The position numbers were made by a program, and so were the translations under genes. Shown piece after piece: positions 30,302-40,274 of a stretch of DNA of 64,000 nt (position 1 is the first letter of the stretch; each line of letters starts with the position of its first letter). The notes beneath the pieces are model-generated. The model had not been told where the DNA came from. It did not search any database and saw only the letters and a list, made by a program, of their open reading frames with translations. The DNA is from Betaproteobacteria bacterium (GTDB taxonomy: Bacteria; Pseudomonadota; Gammaproteobacteria; Burkholderiales; SG8-41): positions 8,382 through 72,381 of the forward strand of contig JACPTK010000091.1 in assembly GCA_016192825.1 (NCBI GenBank). Reading direction: 5' to 3'.

Positions 30302-30736
30302 TTGGAACAGTTTCTGGTCTTTCTGCAGAAAAGCCCGCTTAACATGCTGCTGTTCGGGCTGGCGCTGGCGTCGGGCGGCATGCTGATCTGGCCGCTCGTC
30401 TCGCGGCCGTTCCGGCGGATCCACGAGCTGGGCGCGTTCGAGGCGGTGCAGCTCATCAACCGGCGCGATGCGCTGGTGCTCGACATCCGGGACACGGGCG
30501 ACTACGCTGCGGGGCACATCACCCAGGCCAGGCACATCCCCGAGGCCCAGCTTCGCGACCGCATGAAGGAGCTCGAAAAGTACCGCTCGCGACCGATCAT
30601 CGTCAGCTGCCGCTCCGGCTCGAGGGCGTCCGCGGTGAGCGGCGCGCTGCGCAAGCAGGGCTTTCCCGAGGTGTTCGCGCTGCGCGGCGGCATCGCCGCG
30701 TGGCAGCAGGCGGGCATGCCGCTGGAAAAGAACTAG
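30302..30736 (+). CDS. Rhodanese-domain membrane protein (YibN-like)
   Basis: GHI, CRSGSR, LRGGIAAW; precedes grxC-secB. Confidence 0.9.
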   Translation: MEQFLVFLQKSPLNMLLFGLALASGGMLIWPLVSRPFRRIHELGAFEAVQLINRRDALVLDIRDTGDYAAGHITQARHIPEAQLRDRMKELEKYRSRPIIVSCRSGSRASAVSGALRKQGFPEVFALRGGIAAWQQAGMPLEKN

Positions 30737-30745
30737 AGGCCCTGA

Positions 30746-31039
30746 TTGACCAAGGTCACGATGTACAGCACGGGCGTTTGCCCGTTCTGTCAGATGGCCG
30801 AGCGACTGCTGCGTTCCAAGGGGGTGTCCGCGATCGACAGGATCCGCGTGGACCTGGAACCGGAGCGGCGCGTGGAGATGATGGAGAAAACCGGCCGCCG
30901 CACCGTTCCCCAGATCTACATCGGCGAGACGCACGTCGGCGGCTACGACGATCTCGCGGCGCTGAACCGCGCGGGCCGGCTGGACGAGTTGCTGCGGGCT
31001 GTCCAGGGCGCGCGAAACCCTGAGGCAAGCAAGCCATGA
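30746..31039 (+). CDS. grxC: Glutaredoxin 3
   Basis: CPFC, TVPQI, GGYDDL. Confidence 0.95.
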   Translation: MTKVTMYSTGVCPFCQMAERLLRSKGVSAIDRIRVDLEPERRVEMMEKTGRRTVPQIYIGETHVGGYDDLAALNRAGRLDELLRAVQGARNPEASKP

Positions 31040-31497
31040 GCGAGCAACAGCCGGTCTTCACCATCGAGAAGGTCTACCTCAAGGACCTGTCGCTCGAGAT
31101 CCCGAATGCGCCGAAGATCTTCACCGAGCAGGAAACGCCGAAAATCGACATCAGCCTGCACAACGAGGCGCGATCGCTCGACGACGGCGTCTACGAAGTC
31201 GTCCTCACCGCGACCGTGACCGCGAAGCTGCAGGACAGGACGGTGTTCCTGGTCGAGGTCGCGCAGGCGGGCGTTTTCCGGATTCAGAACGTCCAGCAGC
31301 AGGAACTGGACGCCCTGGTCAACGTCGTATGTCCCACGACATTGCTGCCCTACGCGCGGGAAACGGTCTCGACCGTGTTGAGCCGCGCCGGTTTCCCGCC
31401 GGTGTTGCTGCCCCACGTCGGGTTCGAAGGCCTCTACCGGCAGCGGTTGCAGGAACAGCAACAGGGCGGCGCGCCCGCTGCGCCTCAGACCACGTGA
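31036..31497 (+). CDS. secB: Protein-export chaperone SecB
   Basis: YLKDLSLEIPNAP, CPTTLLPYARE, GFPP. Confidence 0.95.
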   Translation: MSEQQPVFTIEKVYLKDLSLEIPNAPKIFTEQETPKIDISLHNEARSLDDGVYEVVLTATVTAKLQDRTVFLVEVAQAGVFRIQNVQQQELDALVNVVCPTTLLPYARETVSTVLSRAGFPPVLLPHVGFEGLYRQRLQEQQQGGAPAAPQTT

Positions 31498-31940
31498 GCG
31501 GCCGCCTGGTCTCCTGCGTCATCGCCGCCGGCGTTTTCGGCCTGGCGGGCGCCGGCGCGGCGGCCGAGTTCCGATCGGTGTCCGAGAACGCGGCCGTTCT
31601 CTACGACGCACCGTCGGTCAAGGCGAAAAAACTCTACGTGGTGAGCCAGGGCTATCCGCTCGAGGTCGTGGTGGTGGTGGAGGGCTGGAGCAAGGTGCGC
31701 GACGCGAGCGGGGAGTTGACCTGGATCGAAACCCGGCATCTCACCGAGAGGCGCATGGTGCTGATCAAGGCGCCGCTTGCCCAGATCCGCGAGGCCGCCG
31801 ACGACAACGCGCCGGTGGTGTTCCAGGCCCAGCAGAACGTATTGCTCGAGCTGCTGGAGGTGGCGGGCGGCTGGCTGCGGGTGCGGCACCGCGACGGCCA
31901 GGCCGGCTTCGTCCGAGCCGGGGAAGTGTGGGGCGCCTAG
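31494..31940 (+). CDS. SH3-domain exported protein
   Basis: Signal peptide, LYDAPS, WSKVRD, GWLRVRHRDG, VWG; secB-SH3-gpsA context. Confidence 0.85.
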   Translation: MSGRLVSCVIAAGVFGLAGAGAAAEFRSVSENAAVLYDAPSVKAKKLYVVSQGYPLEVVVVVEGWSKVRDASGELTWIETRHLTERRMVLIKAPLAQIREAADDNAPVVFQAQQNVLLELLEVAGGWLRVRHRDGQAGFVRAGEVWGA

Positions 31941-32145
31941 CAGCCTGTCGGACTTGAAGCTCCGACAGGCTGCTAAATGCAAAACCGCCCGCTGACTTAC
32001 GACAGATTGGAGTGAAAAGCGTGTTTTTGCCACCGGGAAGTGCAGGAACAGCGGCGAATTCAAGTATTTCGAATCCAAAGCCGTCGTTTTCCTGCGGGCG
32101 GTTTTGCGTAAGGAGTGTGTCGGGGCAAAGCCCGACACACTCCTA
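31938..32145. mobile_element. Composite MITE/BIME-like unit: palindrome - GCAAAACCGCCC ... GGGCGGTTTTGC - palindrome
   Basis: Palindromes at 31938-31975 and 32109-32145 enclose a 14-bp inverted repeat (31979-31992 / 32094-32107). Confidence 0.65.
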
Positions 32146-32151
32146 GCGCCG

Positions 32152-32179
32152 GTGACTGGTGACTCGTGACTCGTGACTC
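32152..32179. repeat. Heptamer tract GTGACTC x4 before gpsA
   Basis: gtgactg gtgactc gtgactc gtgactc. Confidence 0.85.
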
Positions 32180-32194
32180 GGGGCCCGAGGCTAG

Positions 32195-33181
32195 ATGAAG
32201 ATCGCGGTACTCGGCGCGGGCGCTTGGGGCACGTCGATCAGCATCAACCTGTGCGCGCGCCATCAGGTGCGGCTCTGGGCACGCGACGCGGCGCTGATCG
32301 AGGGGTTGCGCGCGCATCGGGCCAACGAGCGGTATCTCCCCGGCTTCAAGCTCCCGGACGCGCTTGCGCTCGACGAGGACCTCGGGACGGCGCTCGGGGG
32401 CGCTGAGCTGGTGCTCATCGCCGTCGTCACCAATGGCCTGCGCGACGTGCTGCAGCGCATCCGCGCGGCGGGGCCCGGCGCGCCTCTCGTCTGGTTGTGC
32501 AAGGGTTTCGAGAGCGGGCAGGCCAAGCTGCCGCACCAGATCTGCCTGGAGGAACTGGCTTCCGGCCCGCCGCGCGCGGTCCTGTCCGGGCCGAGCTTTG
32601 CGGAGGAGGTGGCGCGCGGGCTTCCCGCCGCGCTTGCCCTGGCTTCGACTGATCCCGCGTTCGCGCGCGACGCGGCACGCGCCCTGCACGGCGCCGCGCT
32701 GCGAATCTATCCGAGCGAGGACGTCGTCGGCGTGGAGGCGGCGGGCGCGGTGAAAAACGTCATGGCGATCGCGGCTGGCGTGAGCGACGGGCTGGAGCTG
32801 GGACTCTCCGCGCGCGCCGCGCTGATCACGCGCGGGCTCGCCGAGATGACGCGGCTCGGCGTGGCGCTCGGCGGGCGGGCGGAAACGTTCATGGGGCTCG
32901 CCGGCGCCGGCGATCTGATCCTCACCTGCACCGGCGATCTTTCCCGCAACCGCAGGGTGGGCCTCGCGCTTGGCCGTGGCCTGCCGCTCGCCGACGTGCT
33001 GGCCCGCCTCGGGCATACGGCGGAAGGCGTGCTGACCGCGCGCGCGGTGGCGGGTCTCGCCGGGAGGCTCGGGGTCGAGATGCCGATCACGCGGGCGGTG
33101 TGCCGCGTCCTGGACGACGTCCGCCAGGCACGCGCAGCGGTGCAGGAATTGCTCGCCCGCGAGCAAACGACCGAGTACTGA
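32195..33181 (+). CDS. gpsA: NAD(P)H-dependent glycerol-3-phosphate dehydrogenase
   Basis: GAGAWG, SGPSFA, KNVMAI, GDLILTC, SRN. Confidence 0.96.
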   Translation: MKIAVLGAGAWGTSISINLCARHQVRLWARDAALIEGLRAHRANERYLPGFKLPDALALDEDLGTALGGAELVLIAVVTNGLRDVLQRIRAAGPGAPLVWLCKGFESGQAKLPHQICLEELASGPPRAVLSGPSFAEEVARGLPAALALASTDPAFARDAARALHGAALRIYPSEDVVGVEAAGAVKNVMAIAAGVSDGLELGLSARAALITRGLAEMTRLGVALGGRAETFMGLAGAGDLILTCTGDLSRNRRVGLALGRGLPLADVLARLGHTAEGVLTARAVAGLAGRLGVEMPITRAVCRVLDDVRQARAAVQELLAREQTTEY

Positions 33182-33268
33182 GTACCGAGTGCTGAGTTCT
33201 GAGTGCCAGGTTGCTTGGTTCCCGTATGTAACTCAGCACTCAGCACTTAGCACTGGGCACTCGGCACT
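33171..33268. repeat. Inverted heptamer tracts CTGAGTN x5-6 / ACTCAGC x5 between convergent gpsA and trmL
   Basis: 33171-33212 and 33231-33268; the left arm contains the gpsA stop. Confidence 0.88.
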
Positions 33269-33281
33269 GTTTTTGCGGCGG

Positions 33282-33746
33282 TCAGCGGCCGCCGCGAAAA
33301 CCGAGCTGGCGCCAGGCTTCGTAGATCACGATGGCGACCGCGTTCGACAGATTGAGGCTGCGGCCGGCATTCCGCATCGGCAGGCGGATGCGCTGCCCGG
33401 GCGAGAATTCCGCCAGCACTTCGGCGGGCAGGCCGCGCGTCTCCGGGCCGAACACGAACACATCGTGCTCGCGGTAGCGCGGCGCGTCGTAGCGCCGCGC
33501 GCCGCGCGTCGTGACGGCAAACAGGCGCCGGCCTTCGAGCGCGGACCGGCACGCGCGCCAATCTTCGTGCTGCACGATTTCCGCAAAGTCGCGATAGTCC
33601 AGGCCTGCGCGCCGCAATAGCTTGTCGCGCAACGAGAAACCGAGCGGATGCACCAGGTGCATGCGACAACCGGCGTTCGCGCACAGGCGTATCGCGTTGC
33701 CGGTGTTGGGCGGAATCTCCGGCTCGAACAGCACGATTTCAAGCAT
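33282..33746 (-). CDS. trmL: tRNA (cytidine/uridine-34 2'-O)-methyltransferase
   Basis: PEIPPNTGN, RRAGLDY, FGPETRGLP, RSLNLSN. Confidence 0.95.
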   Translation of the reverse strand: MLEIVLFEPEIPPNTGNAIRLCANAGCRMHLVHPLGFSLRDKLLRRAGLDYRDFAEIVQHEDWRACRSALEGRRLFAVTTRGARRYDAPRYREHDVFVFGPETRGLPAEVLAEFSPGQRIRLPMRNAGRSLNLSNAVAIVIYEAWRQLGFRGGR

Positions 33747-33842
33747 ACGCAGGTTGCCGCGGGCGCCAAAACAAGATATCGTTATAGATCAAAGGCATGT
33801 AGCACAAAAATGAATCAGCCTCAAGCGCGGACGAAAGCCTGA

Positions 33843-35549
33843 ATGGGCCGGCCTGAAAAAGTCCGCCTCGGCGAGATACTCATCCAGCAGAAACTGCTGA
33901 CCGAGGAGCAGCTCAGGAGCGCTCTCGAGGAGCAGAAGAAGTCGGGCCGCCGCCTGGGCCGCGTGGTCATCGACAAGGGCTACGTCCCCGAGGAACAGAT
34001 CTCCCGGGCGCTCGCCCGCCAGCTCAACATCCCGTTCATCAGCCTCAAGCAATACAACACCAGGCGCGAGGTCGCCCTCAAGTTGCCGGAAACGCAGGCG
34101 CGCCGCTTCCGCGCGCTGGTGCTGGAGGATACCGGCCGGACCTGCCGGGTCGGCATGGCCGATCCGACCGATCTCCTGGCTTACGACGAGGTCGCGCGCG
34201 CCCTCAAGCGCGACATCGAGCTTGCGGTAGTCACGGAATCCGAGCTGCTGAGCACCATCGACCGCATCTACCGCCGCACCGAGCAGATCAGCGGGCTTGC
34301 CCAGGAGCTCGAAGCGGAGGTGGGAGAAGCCGCCGTGGTCGACTTTGGCGCACTGGCGCTGACGCCGGGCCTCGAGGAAGCCCCGGTGGTGAAACTGCTG
34401 CAGACGGTGTTCGAGGACGCGATACAGGCGCGCGCTTCCGACATCCACGTCGAGCCGCAGGAGAAGCGTCTCCACATCCGATTCCGCATCGACGGCGTGC
34501 TGCACCTGCAGACCGAGGCGGACGCCAAGATCGCCTCCGCCGTGGTGCTGCGGTTGAAGCTGATGTCGGGGCTCGACATTTCCGAGAAGCGGCTGCCGCA
34601 GGACGGGCGCTTCAACATCAAGGTGCGGAATACCCAAGTCGACGTGCGGATCTCGACCATGCCGGTCCAGTACGGCGAATCGGTGGTCATGCGGCTGCTT
34701 CACCAGGCGAGCGGAATGCTGGGACTCGACCGGATCGGGATGCCGGCCGGCATGCTCGCGAGACTGCGCGAGGTCATCCACCGTCCCAGCGGCATGGTGC
34801 TGGTGACCGGGCCCACCGGCAGCGGCAAGACGACAACGCTCTATGCGGCGCTCGGCGAGCTGAACACCTATGAGCGCAAGATCATCACCGTGGAAGACCC
34901 GGTGGAATACCGCCTGCCCGGAATCAACCAGGTGCAGGTCAACGAGAAGATCGAGCTCACCTTTGCCCGCGTGCTGCGCTCCGCCTTGCGCCAGGATCCC
35001 GACGTGATCCTGGTAGGCGAGATGCGCGACCCGGAGACGGTCGAGACCGGCTTGCGCGCGGCGATGACCGGCCACATGGTGTTCTCCACGCTGCACACGA
35101 ACGACGCGGTTTCCACGCCGGTGCGGCTGCTCGACATGGGCGCGCCGCGCTATATGGTAGCGCTGTCCCTGCATATGGTGATCGCGCAGCGGCTGCTGCG
35201 CGTCATCTGCGAGAGTTGCGCCACCGAACACTCGCTCTTGCCCAATGAGCGCGAATGGCTGCGCCTGGAGCTGGGAGACGGGGTGGACGGGCACCGCTAC
35301 AAGCGCGGCAAAGGGTGCACGCACTGCAATGCCACCGGCTACATGGGCCGCACCGGCATCTACGAGGTGCTGGAGATGACCGCCCCCGTGGTCGAGGCGG
35401 CGAACCAGGCGGATGTCCGGGAGTTCATGCGCGTTGCGCGCGGGCAAATCGGCGAAAACACGCTGCGGCGCCACGCCGCACAGCTGGTCGCGGCCGGCAC
35501 GACGTCGGTTGAGGAGGCGATGCGCATCTGCAATCAGTTTGAAGATTAG
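33843..35549 (+). CDS. mshE: MSHA extension ATPase with MshEN c-di-GMP-binding domain
   Basis: Tandem RLGEIL/RLGRVV MshEN motifs, GPTGSGKT, LRQDPD, tetracysteine motif. Confidence 0.93.
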   Translation: MGRPEKVRLGEILIQQKLLTEEQLRSALEEQKKSGRRLGRVVIDKGYVPEEQISRALARQLNIPFISLKQYNTRREVALKLPETQARRFRALVLEDTGRTCRVGMADPTDLLAYDEVARALKRDIELAVVTESELLSTIDRIYRRTEQISGLAQELEAEVGEAAVVDFGALALTPGLEEAPVVKLLQTVFEDAIQARASDIHVEPQEKRLHIRFRIDGVLHLQTEADAKIASAVVLRLKLMSGLDISEKRLPQDGRFNIKVRNTQVDVRISTMPVQYGESVVMRLLHQASGMLGLDRIGMPAGMLARLREVIHRPSGMVLVTGPTGSGKTTTLYAALGELNTYERKIITVEDPVEYRLPGINQVQVNEKIELTFARVLRSALRQDPDVILVGEMRDPETVETGLRAAMTGHMVFSTLHTNDAVSTPVRLLDMGAPRYMVALSLHMVIAQRLLRVICESCATEHSLLPNEREWLRLELGDGVDGHRYKRGKGCTHCNATGYMGRTGIYEVLEMTAPVVEAANQADVREFMRVARGQIGENTLRRHAAQLVAAGTTSVEEAMRICNQFED

Positions 35550-35582
35550 TTTCGAGTTGCGAGTTTCCAGTTTCGAGTCGCC
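35548..35582. repeat. Left heptamer arm AGTTTCG-type x5
   Basis: agtttcg agttgcg agtttcc agtttcg agtcgcc; begins inside the mshE stop codon. Confidence 0.85.
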
Positions 35583-35585
35583 AGA

Positions 35586-35974
35586 ATGGCCACAATCAAG
35601 CAGGTAGAAGAAATTCAGGCTTGGCAGAAGGCCAGGGTACTCTGTAAGCGTGTTTACTCGGTAACGAACGATGGTCGGTTTGCGAAAGATTTTGGGTTGC
35701 GCGACCAGATCCGGCGGGCAGCCGTTCGATTTTGTCCAATATTGCAGAGGGCTTCGAGAGAGGAGGCAGCAGAGAGTTTGTCCAATTTCTGGCGATTGCC
35801 AAGGGGTCCGCGGGCGAAGTTCGAGCCCAGCTCTACGTCGCGCTCGATCAGGTTTACGTGGGCCAACAAGAGTTCGATGAGTTGATCCGGGAAGTCGACG
35901 AAATCTCAAAGATGATCAATGGCCTAATTTCGTATCTCCGCGGCTCCGCCATAAAAGGTTCGCGGTTCAAGTGA
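35586..35974 (+). pseudogene. Four-helix-bundle protein (23S rRNA IVP / bAvd-like), split by a 1-nt deletion near 35726
   Basis: AWQKA...[13 protein letters not shown] in one frame and SNIAEGFER...[21 protein letters not shown] in the next. Adding one T (gtt tcg) gives a continuous 129-aa ORF. Confidence 0.88.
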
Positions 35975-35987
35975 CGGCGATGATTTT

Positions 35988-36021
35988 CCAACTCGAAACT
36001 CGAAACTCGAAACTGGAAACT
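35988..36021. repeat. Right heptamer arm CGAAACT-type x4-5
   Basis: ccaact cgaaact cgaaact cgaaact ggaaact; complementary to the left arm and immediately before the mshG RBS/start. Confidence 0.88.
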
Positions 36022-36027
36022 TGAGGC

Positions 36028-37257
36028 GTGCCGCACTTCGCCTACAAGGGCCGCGACAAGGGAGGACAACTCGTAGAAGGGGTGCTCGAAGGCCCCGACA
36101 GCGGTGCCGTGGCCGGGCAGCTGTCCGCGGGCGGAATCACCCCTGTCGAGATCAGGCCCACGCAGCCGCCGCCACGCGCAGGGCCCGGTCTGATCGAGCG
36201 GTTCAGCGAGGAGAAGATCGGGCATATCGAAGTCCTGCTCTTCTGCCGCCACATGTACACGCTGCTCAAGGCGGGCGTCCCCATCATGGGTGCATTGAAG
36301 GGGCTGCAGGAGTCCGCCGAGAACAAGGGGTTCGCGCGGGTGGTGCAGGATCTCCGCGAGAACCTCGACAGCGGGCACGAGCTGTCCGTCTGTCTCACGC
36401 GCCACCCCAAGGTGTTCGATCCGTTCTACGTGGCTATGGTGCGCGTGGGCGAGCTCACCGGCACGCTGGAAGAGGTGTTCCTGCGCCTGTTCAGCCACAT
36501 GGAATTCGAGAAGTTCATGCGCGACCAGGTCAAGTCGGCGGTGCGCTATCCGTCGTTCGTGGTCGCCACGATGGCGATCGCGATCGTGATCATCAACATC
36601 TTCGTGATACCGGCCTTCGCCAAGGTCTATCAGGGTTTCAAGACCGAGTTGCCGGCGATGACCCAGGCGCTGATCGCGTTCTCCAATTTCATGGTGGCCT
36701 GGTGGCCGCTGATGCTGGTGGCGCTGGCGGCGCTCGTGTTCGGATTCCGCCTCTACCTCGGCACGACGCGCGGGCGGCTGGCGTGGGACGAGCTCAAGAT
36801 GAAATTCCCGGTGGCGGGCCCGATCGTGCTCAAGGCCACGCTCGCCCGCTTCGCGCGCAGCTTCGCGCTCGCGATCCGCAGCGGCGTGCCGGCGGTGCAG
36901 GCGCTGACCATCGTCGCGAACACCGTGGACAACGTGCACGTGGCGCGCAAGATCGAGGCGATGCGCGAAGGCGTGGAGCGCGGCGAGTCGGTGCTGCGCA
37001 CCGCGGTGGCGACCGGCATCTTCACGCCGATCGTGCTGCAGATGGTGGCGGTGGGAGAGGAGACCGGCGCGCTCGACGAGCTGATGACCGAGATCGCCGA
37101 CATGTACCAGCGCGAGGTCGAGTACGACCTCAAGTCGCTCGCCTCGCAGATCGAGCCGATCCTGGTGGTGGGCCTCGGCGTGATGGTGCTGATCCTCGCG
37201 CTCGGCGTGTTCCTGCCGATCTGGGACCTCGGCACCGCGGCGCTGGGCAAGAAATAA
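36028..37257 (+). CDS. mshG: MSHA inner-membrane platform protein (GspF/PilC family)
   Basis: LLKAGVPI, GELTGTL, RYP, GEETGALD, IEP. Confidence 0.92.
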   Translation: MPHFAYKGRDKGGQLVEGVLEGPDSGAVAGQLSAGGITPVEIRPTQPPPRAGPGLIERFSEEKIGHIEVLLFCRHMYTLLKAGVPIMGALKGLQESAENKGFARVVQDLRENLDSGHELSVCLTRHPKVFDPFYVAMVRVGELTGTLEEVFLRLFSHMEFEKFMRDQVKSAVRYPSFVVATMAIAIVIINIFVIPAFAKVYQGFKTELPAMTQALIAFSNFMVAWWPLMLVALAALVFGFRLYLGTTRGRLAWDELKMKFPVAGPIVLKATLARFARSFALAIRSGVPAVQALTIVANTVDNVHVARKIEAMREGVERGESVLRTAVATGIFTPIVLQMVAVGEETGALDELMTEIADMYQREVEYDLKSLASQIEPILVVGLGVMVLILALGVFLPIWDLGTAALGKK

Positions 37258-37260
37258 GAC

Positions 37261-37850
<590 letters not shown>

Positions 37851-37932
37851 GCCGGCCGCAGGCGTATACTGGCACGGGTTTTGCTGCTGTTTCAAAGGGA
37901 TGCATACGATATTTCGTGAGAATTTTCACGAT

Positions 37933-38412
37933 ATGCGGGGATCGTCGAGTGCAAGGGGCTTCACACTCATCGAGTTGATCGTGGTGATCATCATCCTCAG
38001 CATACTGGCGGCGACCGCGCTGCCGCGCTTCGCCAACCTGCAGACGCAGGCGCGCATCGCGAAGTTGAACGGCGCGCTTGGCGCGATGAAGGGCGCCTCG
38101 GCGCTCGCGCACGCGGCCTGCCTCGCTTCGCAACCGCAGTGCACCGGCACGCAGCCGATGGAAGGCGTGAACGTCACGATGATCAATACCTATGCCACGG
38201 CCAATGCCGCGGGCATCGTTACGGCGGCCGGCCTGAGCGTTGGACCGACGTCACCGGATGGATGGGACGTGCAGGGAGGAGGGCCGGCGGCGGGGGACGT
38301 GCTGCGCCTGGTCGTGCTGGGCAACGACCCTGTCAACTGCAGTTTCACCTACACGGCGCCGGGGCTGGGCCAGGCGCCGGTGTTCAGCATCCTGGTGACC
38401 GCCGGTTGCTGA
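37933..38412 (+). CDS. MSHA-type pilin (MshA/B-like)
   Basis: RG|FTLIELIVVIIILSILAATALPRF. Confidence 0.85.
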   Translation: MRGSSSARGFTLIELIVVIIILSILAATALPRFANLQTQARIAKLNGALGAMKGASALAHAACLASQPQCTGTQPMEGVNVTMINTYATANAAGIVTAAGLSVGPTSPDGWDVQGGGPAAGDVLRLVVLGNDPVNCSFTYTAPGLGQAPVFSILVTAGC

Positions 38413-38492
38413 GGAGACCCGATTGATCTGCATCAGGCGGCCGGTTATCGAATTTGATTAACATTTGCTGTTGGCGTGAAAGGAGGCAACAC

Positions 38493-38975
38493 ATGATGGC
38501 GCAACAAAAGGGCTTTACGCTGGTGGAGCTGATCGTGGTGATCGTGATCCTCGGCATCCTGGCGGCGACTGCGCTGCCGCGGTTCATCAATGTCACTGGT
38601 GATGCACGGTTTGCTTCGGTGCAGGGCATGGCCGGGGCATTGCGCTCGGCAGTCTCTGTGGTCCAGTCGAAGTGGATGGTTGCAGGATCAACCGCGGACA
38701 GCACCGTTGACATGGCCGACGGTCAAACGGTCACCGTGGGCACCGGCGCTGATGCGGATGGAGGCGTTCCGATTGCGGCTAGCGGCGACGCAACCGGAAT
38801 CACTCGGGCATTGCGGTGTGAATCCGATACGGCGTGTCAAGGATTTACTGTCAGCTACCCGGTCGCCGCGACGGCGAGGTTCATCCCGAGCGGCGGCACC
38901 GCGACTTGCATGGTCGAGTACGATTCAACTACCGGAGCCGTGACGGTGACAGCAAGCGCCGCGAACTGCAACTGA
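38493..38975 (+). CDS. mshA: MSHA major pilin
   Basis: QKG|FTLVELIVVIVILGILAATALPRF; strong AGGAGG RBS; followed by a hairpin. Confidence 0.85.
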   Translation: MMAQQKGFTLVELIVVIVILGILAATALPRFINVTGDARFASVQGMAGALRSAVSVVQSKWMVAGSTADSTVDMADGQTVTVGTGADADGGVPIAASGDATGITRALRCESDTACQGFTVSYPVAATARFIPSGGTATCMVEYDSTTGAVTVTASAANCN

Positions 38976-39018
38976 CGCTCATAACATTGGCCGAGCCATC
39001 CGGCCCAATCGTTTGGCG

Positions 39019-39050
39019 CAAGGGGGGTGCGTGTAAGCGCACCCCCTTTG
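39019..39050 (+). terminator. Hairpin after the major pilin
   Basis: caaggggggtgcg-tgtaag-cgcaccccctttg. Confidence 0.65.
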
Positions 39051-39094
39051 CCTTTCCGGCGCCGAATCACTCAATGACTCGCTACGCTGCATTG

Positions 39095-39574
39095 ATGAAA
39101 TCGCACAAACCGCCTACCGGTTTTACCATTACTGAACTGGTCGTCACCATCCTTATCGCAGGCCTGTTGGCTGCGGTCGCCATCCCGCGTTTCGTCGGTA
39201 AGGACGCGTTTGAATCGCGCGGCTTCCATGATGAATCGCTGGGCGTGGTGCGCTTCGCGCAGAAGACGGCCATTGCGTGGCGGCGGCAGATCTTTGTATG
39301 CGTGACAACGATCCGGGTCGCAGCGGCGGCCGCGTCAGGCTGCGCTATACCGATTACCCATCCCGCGACACGGGGTCCCCTGGCAGCAAATGCACCCGGC
39401 GGCGTAACGCTGCCTGTTCCGGTCGAATTCCGATTCGACGGCGCTGGGCGCCCGCTCGACGGTATAAGCGGGAATCCAAGCGGGCAGATCACCATCCCCA
39501 TCTCGAGCACGATTGCAGACGATCCAGCCCGACAGATCGTGGTCGAGGCGGAAACGGGATATGTCCATCCATAA
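39095..39574 (+). CDS. mshC: MSHA minor pilin
   Basis: G|FTITEL, VRFAQKTAIA, FDGAGRP, VEAETGYVH. Confidence 0.85.
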   Translation: MKSHKPPTGFTITELVVTILIAGLLAAVAIPRFVGKDAFESRGFHDESLGVVRFAQKTAIAWRRQIFVCVTTIRVAAAAASGCAIPITHPATRGPLAANAPGGVTLPVPVEFRFDGAGRPLDGISGNPSGQITIPISSTIADDPARQIVVEAETGYVHP

Positions 39575-40274
39575 CTTCGGTCACGAGTCACGAGTCACGA
39601 GTCACGAGTCCCCAATAGCGAGTCGCGCGACGCAGCTGTCCATTCGGGCATTAACGAACCATTTGCCTACGGACTTCGACCGGGGACCCGGGACCCGGGA
39701 CCCGGGAGTGCGACAGCTTGGTCTGTCGCTGGTCGAGCAGATCGTTTTCATTGTCGTGGTCGGTGTCGCGGTGGCGGGGGTCCTTGCTGTCGTGAACGTC
39801 GCCACGCACGGCAGCGCGGATCCCATGATCCAGAAGCAGGCGGTGGCGATCGCAGAGGCACTGATAGAAGAAGTTCAGTTGCAGCCATTTACGTACTGCG
39901 ATCCCGATGATGCCAATGCTGCGACGGCGTTGAGCGCAGCGGACTGTACCGGAGGCGTCGGCGGCGCGAATGACGAGAACAAGCTGCCGCTGGGATCCGA
40001 GGCCGGTGAGACCCGGACCAGCGCGGCAACCCCGTTCGACAACGTCAGCGACTACAACAACTTCGGCATGGGGCCGGGATTCACTGACATTAACGGCAAT
40101 GCGATCTCCGGGCTCGACGCCTACTCGGCTACGGTGAGCATCACGAATCAGGCGCTCGGGACGATTCCATCGAGCGACGCGCTCCTGATCACCGTGTCGG
40201 TGACGGGCCCGGCGAACACGAGCGTCACGCTTCACGGCTACCGTGTGCGCTATGCGCCGAATGCGCTGCCATAA
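39561..40274 (+). CDS. mshD: MSHA minor pilin with a repeat-expanded leader
   Basis: G|LSLVE, SADPM, FDNVSDY, LHGYR; leader holds GTCACGA x4 (39580-39610) and GGGACCC x3 (39683-39703). Confidence 0.85.
   Translation: MSIHNFGHESRVTSHESPIASRATQLSIRALTNHLPTDFDRGPGTRDPGVRQLGLSLVEQIVFIVVVGVAVAGVLAVVNVATHGSADPMIQKQAVAIAEALIEEVQLQPFTYCDPDDANAATALSAADCTGGVGGANDENKLPLGSEAGETRTSAATPFDNVSDYNNFGMGPGFTDINGNAISGLDAYSATVSITNQALGTIPSSDALLITVSVTGPANTSVTLHGYRVRYAPNALP

Noticed and set aside
35586-35974. Diversity-generating retroelement (bAvd-like gene near pilins/adhesin)
   Set aside because: No reverse transcriptase and no template/variable repeat pair seen in the window.
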